A stretch of 64,000 bases of DNA from Burkholderiales bacterium (GTDB lineage: Bacteria > Pseudomonadota > Gammaproteobacteria > Burkholderiales > WYBJ01). The stretch spans positions 108,355 to 172,354 of the forward strand of contig JADLAC010000037.1 of NCBI GenBank assembly GCA_020848435.1. Reading direction: 5' to 3'. The position numbers and the translations under genes are program-made. The notes under the pieces are model-generated. The model saw only the letters and a program-made list of their open reading frames with translations. It did not search any database and was not told the DNA's origin. Positions 9,636 to 18,784 of the stretch are shown here, in pieces; position 1 is the first letter of the stretch; every line of letters begins with the position of its first letter.

Positions 9636-10781
9636 ATGGGAGTTCGTACTCGTGTCGCTGCCATCGCGCTCGCGCTCGCTCTCCCGGCCGCTGCGCAGAC
9701 CCTCAAGCTGCCGCCGACGCTCACGCTCACCGCTTACGATACCGGCTCGTCGGGTTTCAATATCGCGGTTGCGATCGGCAAGGCCGTCAAGGACAAGCAC
9801 GGCGCCGACGTACGGGTGTTGCCGGCCGGCAATGACGTCGCCCGACTGGCGCCGCTCAGGGCGGGGCGGGCGCAAGCCTCTGCCATGGGCATCGGCGTCT
9901 ATTTCGCGCAGGAGGGCGTGTTCGAGTTCGGCGTCAAGGAATGGGGGCCGCAGCCGCTCGGGCTGATGCTCGCCTCCAGTGCCTGCAATGCGATTTCGCT
10001 CGGCGCGGCCAAGGACACCGGCGTCAAGGAGGTCAAGGACCTCAAGGGCAAGCGGGTCGGCATGGTGGTCGGCTCGCCCGCGCTCAACCAGAACGCCTTC
10101 GCGGTGCTCGCTTTCGGCAATCTCACGCGCAACGATGTCAAGCTGGTCGAGTTCTCCAGCTACGGCGCGATGTGGAAGGGCGTGGTGAACAACGAGGTCG
10201 ATGCAGGCATCGCCTCGACCATCTCCGGCCAGGCCAAGGAAGCCGAGGCCTCGCCGCGCGGCCTGGTGTATCCGCCGACACCGGCGGCCGACAAGGCGGG
10301 TTGGGAGCGGCTGCGCAAGTTCGGGCCGTATTACTCGCCGCACAAGACCACGTGCGGCGTCGGCGCAACGCCGCAGGCCCCGATCGAGCTGCCGAATTAT
10401 CCCTATCCCATCTTCGTCGCGTATGCCAATCAATCGGCCGATGTCGTGTATGGCTTGACCAAGTCCATGATCATCGACTATGCCGCGTACAAGGATGCCG
10501 CTCCCGGCGCCGACGGCTTCGAGCTGTCGCGGCAGAATCTCGCCTGGGTCTTGCCGCTGCATCCCGGCGCGGTGCGCGCGATCAAGGAAGCGGGTGCGTG
10601 GAAACCGGAGCACGAAGCCCATCAGCAGGCCATGCTCAAGCGCCAGGAGACGCTGGCGGCGGCGTGGAACGGCTTCCTCAAGACCAACCCGCCGGAGGAC
10701 AGGGACGCGTTCCGCAAGGGCTGGATGGCGGCGCGTGCGGTTGCGCTTAAGAAAGCCGGCATGGAAACGATCTTCGATTGA
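9636..10781 (+). CDS. TRAP transporter solute receptor, TAXI family
   Basis: AAGGAGGA ribosome-binding site 6 nt upstream of the ATG at 9636. Signal peptide MGVRTRVAAIALALALPAAAQ. The layout is TAXI-like and a fused 4TM/12TM permease follows directly. Confidence 0.8.
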   Translation: MGVRTRVAAIALALALPAAAQTLKLPPTLTLTAYDTGSSGFNIAVAIGKAVKDKHGADVRVLPAGNDVARLAPLRAGRAQASAMGIGVYFAQEGVFEFGVKEWGPQPLGLMLASSACNAISLGAAKDTGVKEVKDLKGKRVGMVVGSPALNQNAFAVLAFGNLTRNDVKLVEFSSYGAMWKGVVNNEVDAGIASTISGQAKEAEASPRGLVYPPTPAADKAGWERLRKFGPYYSPHKTTCGVGATPQAPIELPNYPYPIFVAYANQSADVVYGLTKSMIIDYAAYKDAAPGADGFELSRQNLAWVLPLHPGAVRAIKEAGAWKPEHEAHQQAMLKRQETLAAAWNGFLKTNPPEDRDAFRKGWMAARAVALKKAGMETIFD

Positions 10782-10806
10782 GACGTTCTCGGCGCGACGC
10801 CGGCTC

Positions 10807-12813
10807 GTGACTCCCGCTTCCGCCGCGGTCGGCGCATTGGCCGAAGCGCACGCCGCCGCGCCGCTCGAAGCCGAGACGCGCCGCATCCGTTCGCTCGCCG
10901 GGGTATGGCGCTGGCTGCTGATCGGCGCGAGCGCGCTCACGATCTTCCTGTGCATCAACCAGCAGTTCGTCCTGCGCTTCTTCATCGGCTTCACGCCGCT
11001 CAACACCGAGTATTACTACGCGCTGGTGCTGGTGATGCTGCCGTTCGTGTTCGTGGTGTTCCCAGGCACGGCGCGCGCCCCGTTGCGGCGGGTGCCGTGG
11101 TACGACGTGCTGTTGTTCGCCGTCACGCTCGCCGCCTCGCTGCTGCTGCTGCTCAACATCCGCAAGGCGGCCGAGCTGGGCTGGGAGTTCGCCGGTGCCC
11201 CGACGCCCATCGTGTGGGCCGGGTACGTCATGTGGATCCTGCTGATGGAGGGCTTGCGGCGCACCGGCGGTTGGGGTCTCGTCCTGTCGGTCGCGCCGTT
11301 CACGCTCTACCCGCTGTTCGCCGACGCGGCTTGGCTTGGACCGCTGAAGGGCACCCAGTCGTCGCTCGATCTGGCCGCCGCCTACCACGTGCTCTCGCTC
11401 GAGAGTCTACTTGGAATACCGATCCAGGCTTTCGCCGAAACGGTGATCGGTTTTTTGATCTTCGGCACCGCCTTAATGATGACCGGTGCCGGCAAGTTCT
11501 TCATCAACGTGGCGTTCGCCCTGTGCGGCACGTTTCGCGGCGGCGCCGCCAAGGTCTGCATATTCGCCAGCGCGCTGCTCGGCATGATGTCGGGCTCGAT
11601 CGTGAGCAACGTGCTGACCGCGGGCACCATGACCATCCCGGTGATGAAGCGCACCGGCTTTCGCGCGAGCTACGCCGGCGCGATCGAAGCCTGCGCCTCG
11701 ACCGGCGCGGTGCTCGCGCCCCCGGTGATGGGCGCGACCGCGTTCGTCATGGCGCAGTTCCTCAACGTGAGCTACGCCCAGGTCGCGCTCGCCGCGACCA
11801 TTCCGGCGCTGCTGTACTACTTCGGCTTGTTCATGCAAGTCGATGCCTACGCGGCGCGTCACAAGCTCAAGGGCCTGCCGCGCGAGGAGCTGCCGAGCCT
11901 GTGGCAGTCGGTGCAGGAGGGCTGGTATTACGCCTTCGTCATCGTGCTGCTGGTCTTCATGTTGTTGGTGATGAAGCGCGAGAGCCACGCGCCGTTCTAC
12001 GCGACCGCGCTGCTGCTGGTATTGAACCAGCTCTTCAACCCCGAGAAGTGGGGCTGGCGCACCGTGGTCAAATTCCTCGAGGTCAACGGCCAGACCTTCG
12101 TCGAGCTGGTCGGCATCCTGGCGGGCTGCGGGCTGCTGATCGGCGCGTTCTCGTTGACGGGCGTGATCTCGAGCCTCGCCAACGACATGCTCACCATCGC
12201 CGGCAACAACGCCCTGCTGCTGCTCGCGATGGCGGCCATCACCAGCCTCGTGCTCGGGCTCGGGCTCACGACCACCGCGTGCTACATCTTCCTCGCGATC
12301 CTGGTCGGCCCAGCGCTGGAGAAGGCGGGCCTGAACAAGATGGCGATCCACATGTTCGTGTTCTACTGGGGCATGCTGTCCTCGATCACGCCGCCGGTGG
12401 CCATCGCCTCCTTCGCCGCCGCCGGCATCGCGGGCTCGCCGCCGATGCAAACCGGCTGGGAGTCGATGCGCGTGGGCTCGATCATCTACTTCATCCCGTT
12501 TTTCTTCGTCCTCAATCCGGCCTTCGTGCTGGAAGGACCGGCGTGGGAATCGTTGCTCGTGACCTCGACCGCCGCAGTGGGCATCGTCTTCATCTGCGGC
12601 GGCTTGCAGGGCTATCAGATGCTGGTCGGCGATCTCGGCCGAGCCGGCCGCGTGCAATGGCCGCTGCGCGTCCTGCTCGCCATCGGCGGCATCGCGCTGG
12701 CGGCACCGGGCGGGGGTATCATGGCGTTGGACCATACGCAGATGATCGCGCTCGCGGCTGCGGTGCTGGTGCCGACGTTGGCGGCAGCCATCTATTTCAT
12801 GCGTCGCGCCTGA
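10807..12813 (+). CDS. TRAP transporter fused (DctQ-DctM type, 4TM/12TM) permease
   Basis: About 668 aa and extremely hydrophobic, with many predicted TM segments. It directly follows the TAXI receptor. No ATG lies between the upstream stop and the first TM segment, so I use the GTG at 10807. The start is uncertain. Confidence 0.75.
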   Translation: MTPASAAVGALAEAHAAAPLEAETRRIRSLAGVWRWLLIGASALTIFLCINQQFVLRFFIGFTPLNTEYYYALVLVMLPFVFVVFPGTARAPLRRVPWYDVLLFAVTLAASLLLLLNIRKAAELGWEFAGAPTPIVWAGYVMWILLMEGLRRTGGWGLVLSVAPFTLYPLFADAAWLGPLKGTQSSLDLAAAYHVLSLESLLGIPIQAFAETVIGFLIFGTALMMTGAGKFFINVAFALCGTFRGGAAKVCIFASALLGMMSGSIVSNVLTAGTMTIPVMKRTGFRASYAGAIEACASTGAVLAPPVMGATAFVMAQFLNVSYAQVALAATIPALLYYFGLFMQVDAYAARHKLKGLPREELPSLWQSVQEGWYYAFVIVLLVFMLLVMKRESHAPFYATALLLVLNQLFNPEKWGWRTVVKFLEVNGQTFVELVGILAGCGLLIGAFSLTGVISSLANDMLTIAGNNALLLLAMAAITSLVLGLGLTTTACYIFLAILVGPALEKAGLNKMAIHMFVFYWGMLSSITPPVAIASFAAAGIAGSPPMQTGWESMRVGSIIYFIPFFFVLNPAFVLEGPAWESLLVTSTAAVGIVFICGGLQGYQMLVGDLGRAGRVQWPLRVLLAIGGIALAAPGGGIMALDHTQMIALAAAVLVPTLAAAIYFMRRA

Positions 12814-12853
12814 TCGCACGCCGGCGCGCCGACAATACCAACGCACTACGGCT

Positions 12854-13837
12854 ATGACCCCGAGCGAAATCGTCAAGCGGCTCGATCAGTACGTGATCGG
12901 CCAGGACGAGGCGAAGAAAACCCTCGCGGTCGCGGTCTATTGGCATTTCCGCAAGTCGGACAGGGCGCTCGCCGATGCCGTCGAGGTCGCGAAGAGCAAC
13001 GTGCTGCTGATCGGCTCCACCGGCACCGGCAAGACCCTGCTGTGCGAGACCTTGTCGCGCATCCTCGGCGTGCCCTTCGTGACGGCCGATGCCACCTCCC
13101 TCGCGCAAACCGATTATGTCGGCCACGAGATCGAGGCCATCCTGCAGCGGCTGGTGGACAAGGCCGGGGGCGACGTCGCGCGCGCGCAGCGCGGCGTGGT
13201 ATTCATCGACGAGATCGACAAGCTCAAAGCCGCGAGCGGACAGGCGCGCGCGGCCTCGGGCGAGAGCGTGCAGCATGCGCTGTTGAAGATCATGGAAGGC
13301 TCGCAGGTGCGGCTACGCAGCAGCGCCTACATCGATACCACCCACGTCCTGTTCATCTGCGGCGGCGCCTTCGTCGGCCTGGATGACATCCTGCGCGACT
13401 CGCAAGCCTTCGGCTTCATCTCGCTCTCGGGCAAGGAAAGCCCGCGCGTGCTGCGCAGCCTCAATGCGCGCGTGAAGCCCGGCGACCTGCGCAGCTTCGG
13501 CCTGATTCCGGAATTCGCCGGCAGGCTGCCCATCATCGCGCGGCTCGATGATCTGTCCAAGCCGATGCTGGTGCGGATCATGCTCGAGCCGCGCGACTCG
13601 ATCTACAACCAGTTTCGCGCCATCTTGCGCAGCGACGGCGTGGAGCTCGCCATCGACCCTATCGTGTTCGAGCAGATCGCCGAGCTTGCGCTCGAATACA
13701 AGGCGGGGGCGCGCAGCCTGCGAGGCATATTCGAGGGTCTCATGACCGATGTCTTGTACGTTCTCGCGGATGATCCAGCCATCAGGAGGGTTGCCATCGG
13801 CTCGCTATTCGAGGAGCCGGTGTATACGAAGACTTGA
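12854..13837 (+). CDS. ClpX-like AAA+ ATPase lacking the N-terminal zinc-binding domain
   Basis: Colinear with the ClpX AAA+ body: LDQYVIGQDEAKKTLAVAVYWHF, Walker A GSTGTGKT (13013-13036), Walker B VVFIDEIDK, FGLIPEFAGRLP, and sensor-2 GARSLRGI. No C4 zinc finger. The pore loop is DYVG instead of GYVG. Confidence 0.85.
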   Translation: MTPSEIVKRLDQYVIGQDEAKKTLAVAVYWHFRKSDRALADAVEVAKSNVLLIGSTGTGKTLLCETLSRILGVPFVTADATSLAQTDYVGHEIEAILQRLVDKAGGDVARAQRGVVFIDEIDKLKAASGQARAASGESVQHALLKIMEGSQVRLRSSAYIDTTHVLFICGGAFVGLDDILRDSQAFGFISLSGKESPRVLRSLNARVKPGDLRSFGLIPEFAGRLPIIARLDDLSKPMLVRIMLEPRDSIYNQFRAILRSDGVELAIDPIVFEQIAELALEYKAGARSLRGIFEGLMTDVLYVLADDPAIRRVAIGSLFEEPVYTKT

Positions 13838-13984
13838 GCGGCCGCGGCCGGGCGATCGCATCCCTTGCGGCTCCGCGCTAGCGAGCTCGCCCGTTGCCGG
13901 CGCCGCCGCGCCCGCGACCAGCGGGCCCTGCTCCAGGCGGCAAACGGACGCGGCTCTCTGTGCCTGTGACGACCGGCCGGGGAT

Positions 13985-16633
13985 TCAGGTCCCTTGCTGG
14001 GCGAACAGCGGCGCACGACCGGACAGCCGCAGCTTGCACAGCAGCCCGTTCATGATGCGGTCGAACAGGGATTCCTCCGGCGGCTCATCGAGCCTGACCG
14101 CCTCGCCCAGGCGCAGCCGCCGGCCCATTTCGGCGCGCGTGCATTGGATGATTTCCTTGCCGGCGCGGTCGGTCGCGAACAGGTAGCGGGTCTTGCGCGG
14201 GCTGATGAAAATCAAGCGGCCGGTGCGGCGCGAGCCTTCGTTGCCCGGATCGTGAAACTCAATCCATTGCCCCATTTTCAGATTGTCGAGGGCGCGGCGA
14301 ATGCTCGCTTCACGCTTCAGGCGGGCGTTTTCGGTAGCCTCCGCGGTGAAGTCGAGATCGACCTCCGGATTGTCGACGCGCACTTCGCCCTCGCCGAAGG
14401 GATTCTTGACCGTGAGCGGCGCCGTGAAGTCGAGCGATAGCGCCGGCGGAGCCTCGCCGGCGGGCTCGGCCGCGGCGGCCGCGATCGGCGAGGGTGCGGG
14501 GAGCATCTCCGTGCTCGCGGCGGATACAGGCGCGGACAGAACCGACGCTTGTGCCGGCGCGCCGAGGGCCTGCGTATGGAACTTGAGCAGCTCGGCAAAG
14601 AACTGGTCGCGTACCTCGTCCTCGATCTGCGCGCTCTTCAGTCCCGAGGTGAGCTGCTTGATCAGCCCAGGCACCAAGGCAGCGAGCTTGCGCCGGTCCT
14701 CGGTCGTCTTCTTGACCTCGATGCTCCAGATGAGCTGATCCATGGCTTCGAGCGCCTGGCGCCATGCCTCGCTCTCGCCCCCGTCCTTGACGTGAGCCAA
14801 CAGCAGAAACTTGACCCAGTGCAGGGCGAGAAACTCGATCACGGCGGGGGGCAGCGCGTGCTCTTGCATGCGTGCCTGGATCTCCTTTTGCGCCGCGGCC
14901 CGCGCCAGGGCGAGATTCTCCATCTCCTCGGCCTGCCTGGTGACGCTCAGCGATTCCGTCTCGATGCGCGCGTCTTCCTCGGCCATCATCGCGAGCAGCT
15001 CGTCGCGCGTCGCGGCGAAGATCTCCAGGCTGTCCTGATAGCCCTCGACCAGCTTCTGCACGCTGGCGTCGAGGCGGCCGAACAACGGATTCGAATCGGT
15101 GAAATCGGCGGGCAGGCGTAGCGCCACTTGGCCCACCGCGTCGAGCAGGCGCCGCGCCGGGTGCGACTTGGTGGCGAAGAACGACTTGTCGGCGATCGCG
15201 ACCTTGAGCATCGGGATCTGTAGCCGTCCGATCAGGCCCTTGATCGCGTTGGGCACCTTCGGGTCGTCGAACAGCTCGTCGAACAGCATCGCGATGATGT
15301 CGAGCGTCATCCGATCGAGATCGTTCATGCCCGCGCCGACGCTGCTCGTCTTGATCTGATGCAAGACGTTGGTCGTGAGCGCCACGCCGGCGGGGATCTG
15401 GATCGGCGCCGATTCGCCATCACCTTGCGTGGTCGCCGCCGCGCTTCCATCGCTGTCGCCGCGTTGAATGCGCGTGAGCGCGCTGAGCAGCTCGGTGCCT
15501 TGCAGGAACACCACGGGATTGCCGATCAGCGGCAACGCGCTCGGCGTGCCCGCGCCAGTTGCGTCGGCAAGCACGGGGCCGGTCGCGGCCCCTGCCGCGA
15601 ACCCCATGCCGGTCGCCATTGCGCTCTGGCCGGCAGGAATGGCGAACACCCCGCCCGCGGCTGCGCCACCGGCGGCAGCGATACCGCCTGCCGCCATCCC
15701 GGCGCCGATCGGCCCCACCCCCGCAATCATGCCGCCGGCGGAGGCTGCGCCGGCATCAGCCGCCGCGGCCCATCCCGCGGGCGCTGCGCGCGCACCGGGA
15801 TTGCTCGCCACCAGGGATTGCAACATCGAGAACAAGTCCTGGGCGGCGCCCGCGCCCATCGGGCCCGGCGCGGCGGCCTGGGCGACGCTTGCAGCGCCGG
15901 CGGCGCTTGGTCCGTCGCCCGCGCGCGCAACGCTGTAGCGGATCTGCGGCAGGATCGAGTGGCGCACCAGCAAGGCGTTGACGGCTTTGTAGACCGAGCG
16001 GATCTCGTCCAGCACCTGGTCGTCGAAGAGCTTGAGCAGCACGCGTCTTACGGGGACGCTGCACTCGAGCTGGCGGCACGCGAGCTTGAACGCATCGCAG
16101 ATGACGTTGGGGCTGAACGGGTTGTCCTTGCTCTCGAGGCTGGCATCGCCGAGCAGTACGCCCACGCGCTGATCGAGGGCGCTCAGCTCTTCCTCGCAGT
16201 AGCCGCGCAGCTTGTGCGCCATGTCGTTGAACTTCAGCGTCTCGTCGTAATCGTCCTCGCCGATCAGCTCCAGCTCGTTGCACGAATACGCCAGCTTGTC
16301 GAACGGCTTGCCGATCTTGCGCGCGCGGTCGCTGCGGCGTTGGAAATCCACCCGGTAGGCGCTGCGGAAATGCTCTTCGATGGTTTCGCGCTGCTGGGTG
16401 GCGACTTCCCGCGCTTCCTCGTACAGCCGCCACTCTTCGCGCACCTGCGTTTCCTTGATGAGCGTGGTCAGGAGCTCGTGCGCGCTGTCGAGCATCACGG
16501 CGACTGCCTCGTCGAGGCGCGCGCAGATGAGGTCGCGGCTCCTCTCCAGGATGCCGTCGAAAGGGCTTGGCTGGTACGCGTCCCGGGTCTGGGCCGTGGC
16601 GGTGGCGAAGATGTCGGACTGGGCGGGCGGCAT
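13985..16633 (-). CDS. DUF1631-like large conserved protein with an internal Ala/Gly-rich low-complexity insert
   Basis: 882 aa from MPPAQSDIF (ATG at 16633). The N-terminal region (DLICARLDEAVAVMLDSAHELL...YEEAREVATQQRETIEEHFRSAY) and the C-terminal region (GQWIEFHDPGNEG..GRLIFISPRKTRYLFATDRAGKEI) match my memory of the DUF1631 family. The family assignment is from recall only. Confidence 0.6.
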   Translation of the reverse strand: MPPAQSDIFATATAQTRDAYQPSPFDGILERSRDLICARLDEAVAVMLDSAHELLTTLIKETQVREEWRLYEEAREVATQQRETIEEHFRSAYRVDFQRRSDRARKIGKPFDKLAYSCNELELIGEDDYDETLKFNDMAHKLRGYCEEELSALDQRVGVLLGDASLESKDNPFSPNVICDAFKLACRQLECSVPVRRVLLKLFDDQVLDEIRSVYKAVNALLVRHSILPQIRYSVARAGDGPSAAGAASVAQAAAPGPMGAGAAQDLFSMLQSLVASNPGARAAPAGWAAAADAGAASAGGMIAGVGPIGAGMAAGGIAAAGGAAAGGVFAIPAGQSAMATGMGFAAGAATGPVLADATGAGTPSALPLIGNPVVFLQGTELLSALTRIQRGDSDGSAAATTQGDGESAPIQIPAGVALTTNVLHQIKTSSVGAGMNDLDRMTLDIIAMLFDELFDDPKVPNAIKGLIGRLQIPMLKVAIADKSFFATKSHPARRLLDAVGQVALRLPADFTDSNPLFGRLDASVQKLVEGYQDSLEIFAATRDELLAMMAEEDARIETESLSVTRQAEEMENLALARAAAQKEIQARMQEHALPPAVIEFLALHWVKFLLLAHVKDGGESEAWRQALEAMDQLIWSIEVKKTTEDRRKLAALVPGLIKQLTSGLKSAQIEDEVRDQFFAELLKFHTQALGAPAQASVLSAPVSAASTEMLPAPSPIAAAAAEPAGEAPPALSLDFTAPLTVKNPFGEGEVRVDNPEVDLDFTAEATENARLKREASIRRALDNLKMGQWIEFHDPGNEGSRRTGRLIFISPRKTRYLFATDRAGKEIIQCTRAEMGRRLRLGEAVRLDEPPEESLFDRIMNGLLCKLRLSGRAPLFAQQGT

Positions 16634-16975
16634 GGCGTGCGAACGGTCGAACCTGTGAACCAAGGACAAGCGGCTGCGGCCAAGCGGGTGTCGCACGTCG
16701 CCGATCGCCTGGCGCTTCGAAACCGTTTCTCCGCATAGGAAATATCGACGCTGATCGAGGGCGCTTGAGGGCCGCGGCGGGGTCTGCCGCGGCAATTGTT
16801 CACGCTCTGGAGCAAGATGTGAGCGACGGGCGGTGATTTCGCACGGCGCCGCGATACGCCGCGGGCCCGCGCTCGGGCACACGGCGGCGGTCGGGATGGG
16901 CGGCGCGAGGGCCGCGGTATCCCGTGGCGAGACCGGATGAAGCGGCGAAGCGGCGCGGGATCCCCGCGCCCGCGG

Positions 16976-17956
16976 TTACTGCATCTTGACGCCGGAATCC
17001 TTCACGACCTTGCCCCACAGGGCGATTTCCTGCTTCAGGATGTCGCCGGCTTCCTCGGGGGTAGTCACCTTGGCATCCACCCCTTGTGCTGCCAGCTTGT
17101 CGATCACATCCTTGCTGGCGAGCGCCTTGCCGAGCTCCTGATTGAGCTTGACTACCGCGGCGCGCGGCGACCTGGCGGCCGTCAGGATGTAGAAGTTGAC
17201 GCCCACGTCGAGGCTCGGGAAGCCCGCTTCAACCATCGTCGGCGTATCGGGCAACACGTCGATCCGGTCCTTGCCCGACACGCCGATGATCCGAACCTTC
17301 CCGCCTTTTGCCAGCGGTATGCCCGTGGCGGTGGTCGTGAACCAGATTCCCACCCGATTCGCGATCACGTCCGCAACGGCATCGCTGGTGCTCTTATAAG
17401 AGACCAGCGAAATATCGATCTGGCCCGCGGATTTCAGCATCTCGCCCATGAAATGCGAGGCCGAGGCGTAGGTGCCCGCGTAGCTAAACTTGCCCGGATT
17501 GGCTTTGCACAGGGCGACCAGCTCCTTGATGGACTTCGCGGGCGAGGCGGTGGCTACGGCGAGCACGTACGGCAGCGTGGCCGGCACGATCACCGGCGCG
17601 AAATCCTTCAGCAAGTCGTAGTTGACCTTCTGCACGTGCGGATTGATAGTCTGGCTGGTGCTCGCGATCATGATGGTGTGCCCGTCCGGCGGCGCTTTCG
17701 CCGTGAGCTCGGTGCCGATCGCGCCGGCTGCGCCGGAGCGGTTCTCGACCACCAGGGCGTGCCCCATCGAATCGCCCACCTTCTGCGCGATCACCCGCGC
17801 GATCAGGTCGTTGCCGCTACCGGGACCATAAGGGACGATGAAGGCGATCGGCTTGATCGGAAAGGTCTGTGCCCAGACGGACTGCGCGGCGAGACCGAAG
17901 CCAGCCGCTGGCAACAGCGCGGCCACGGCCGCGCGAGCGCTGCAACTCCTCATCAT
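16976..17956 (-). CDS. Bug/TctC-family substrate-binding protein
   Basis: GGAGGAGA 5 nt upstream of the ATGATG at 17956. Signal peptide MMRSCSARAAVAALLPAAGFGLAAQSVWAQTFPIKPIAFIVPYGPGSGND, plus PDGHTIMI. Confidence 0.9.
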   Translation of the reverse strand: MMRSCSARAAVAALLPAAGFGLAAQSVWAQTFPIKPIAFIVPYGPGSGNDLIARVIAQKVGDSMGHALVVENRSGAAGAIGTELTAKAPPDGHTIMIASTSQTINPHVQKVNYDLLKDFAPVIVPATLPYVLAVATASPAKSIKELVALCKANPGKFSYAGTYASASHFMGEMLKSAGQIDISLVSYKSTSDAVADVIANRVGIWFTTTATGIPLAKGGKVRIIGVSGKDRIDVLPDTPTMVEAGFPSLDVGVNFYILTAARSPRAAVVKLNQELGKALASKDVIDKLAAQGVDAKVTTPEEAGDILKQEIALWGKVVKDSGVKMQ

Positions 17957-18371
17957 GAATCTCTCCTCCATCGCGATTGATCGTCAGCATCGGCCGTGGG
18001 CGGACCGAGCGCGCTACCTGCGGCGGTGGCCGCGCGCCTGAACCGAACGCACGCGACAGCGACCTCCTGGTACCTATCGACCTCCAGCCTGCGGCGGCGG
18101 CTGCGCGCCGGACCGAACGCACGCTACTCGGCGCCGTGGGACTTTACCACGTGAACGCTGCCCGCACCGGCAGCGAAGACGATGGCGCCGCCGGCCTTTC
18201 AGGCGCGTGCCGCTCGCGATCCCGTTTCACAGCGCGGGCGCTACGCGTGACGGCCGGGACGCGCGTTCTCGCTGGCGGGTGCACTCATGGTGGCGGTGCA
18301 GACAGCATCATCGCCATTAGCTTTCCGAGCTCTGGAGCAGACTGTGATCTCTGAGAATCATCCTGGCGCGA

Positions 18372-18737
18372 TCACTGCGACTTCTTCGCTGCCAGGCGCG
18401 CCTTCAGGTCGGCGAAGGGATTGAACGTCGCGGGCGCCGACGCGGGCTGCGCAGCGTCGCGCCCAGCCAGATCCTTCAGCTTGGAATGCTCGTGCTCGTG
18501 GCAATAGGTGCAGAGCAACTCCCAGTTGCTGCCGTCGGGCGGGTTGTCGTCGTGGTTGCCGTTCTTGTGGTGGACTTCCAGCAGCTGGAGATTGGCGTGC
18601 GTGAAGCTGCGCGCGCATACGCCGCAGACCCAGGGAAACATTTTCAGCGCCTGCTCGCGATAGCCGGCGGCGCGTTGCTCGGCGTTGCGCCGCGCTTCGC
18701 GCACTACTTGGTCCAGTCGGTCGTTTGGCTGTGCCAT
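18372..18737 (-). CDS. yajD: YajD-family HNH nuclease-fold protein
   Basis: 121 aa from MAQPND. GYREQALKMFPWVCGVCARSF...LEVHHKNGNHDDNPPDGSNWELLCTYCHEHEHSK...FNPFADLKA closely parallels E. coli YajD as I recall it. Confidence 0.85.
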   Translation of the reverse strand: MAQPNDRLDQVVREARRNAEQRAAGYREQALKMFPWVCGVCARSFTHANLQLLEVHHKNGNHDDNPPDGSNWELLCTYCHEHEHSKLKDLAGRDAAQPASAPATFNPFADLKARLAAKKSQ

Positions 18738-18784
18738 GGCTGCTCGCCCTTCGCTGCGTGGCGCGCAAGGCGGATGCCCGCCGA

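Noticed and set aside
16945-16972. GC hairpin gcgcggg-atcc-ccgcgc just downstream of the Bug gene, as an intrinsic terminator. Similar short hairpins lie near 43200 and 28240
   Set aside because: The stems are only 5-7 bp and no U-tract follows on the transcribed strand, so they are not distinguishable from background GC palindromes.
17972-18371. 400-bp gene-free region with a 13-nt direct repeat (accgaacgcacgc at about 18044 and about 18107); checked for an ncRNA, riboswitch or small ORF
   Set aside because: I recognise no conserved RNA motif. The only ORF (17977..18354) has implausible composition. The short repeat could be chance at this GC content. It needs an Infernal/Rfam scan before any call.
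18372-18737. YajD HNH protein as part of a defence or mobile system
   Set aside because: YajD is a widely conserved stand-alone housekeeping-type HNH protein. No methylase, restriction, ATPase or phage genes are adjacent.
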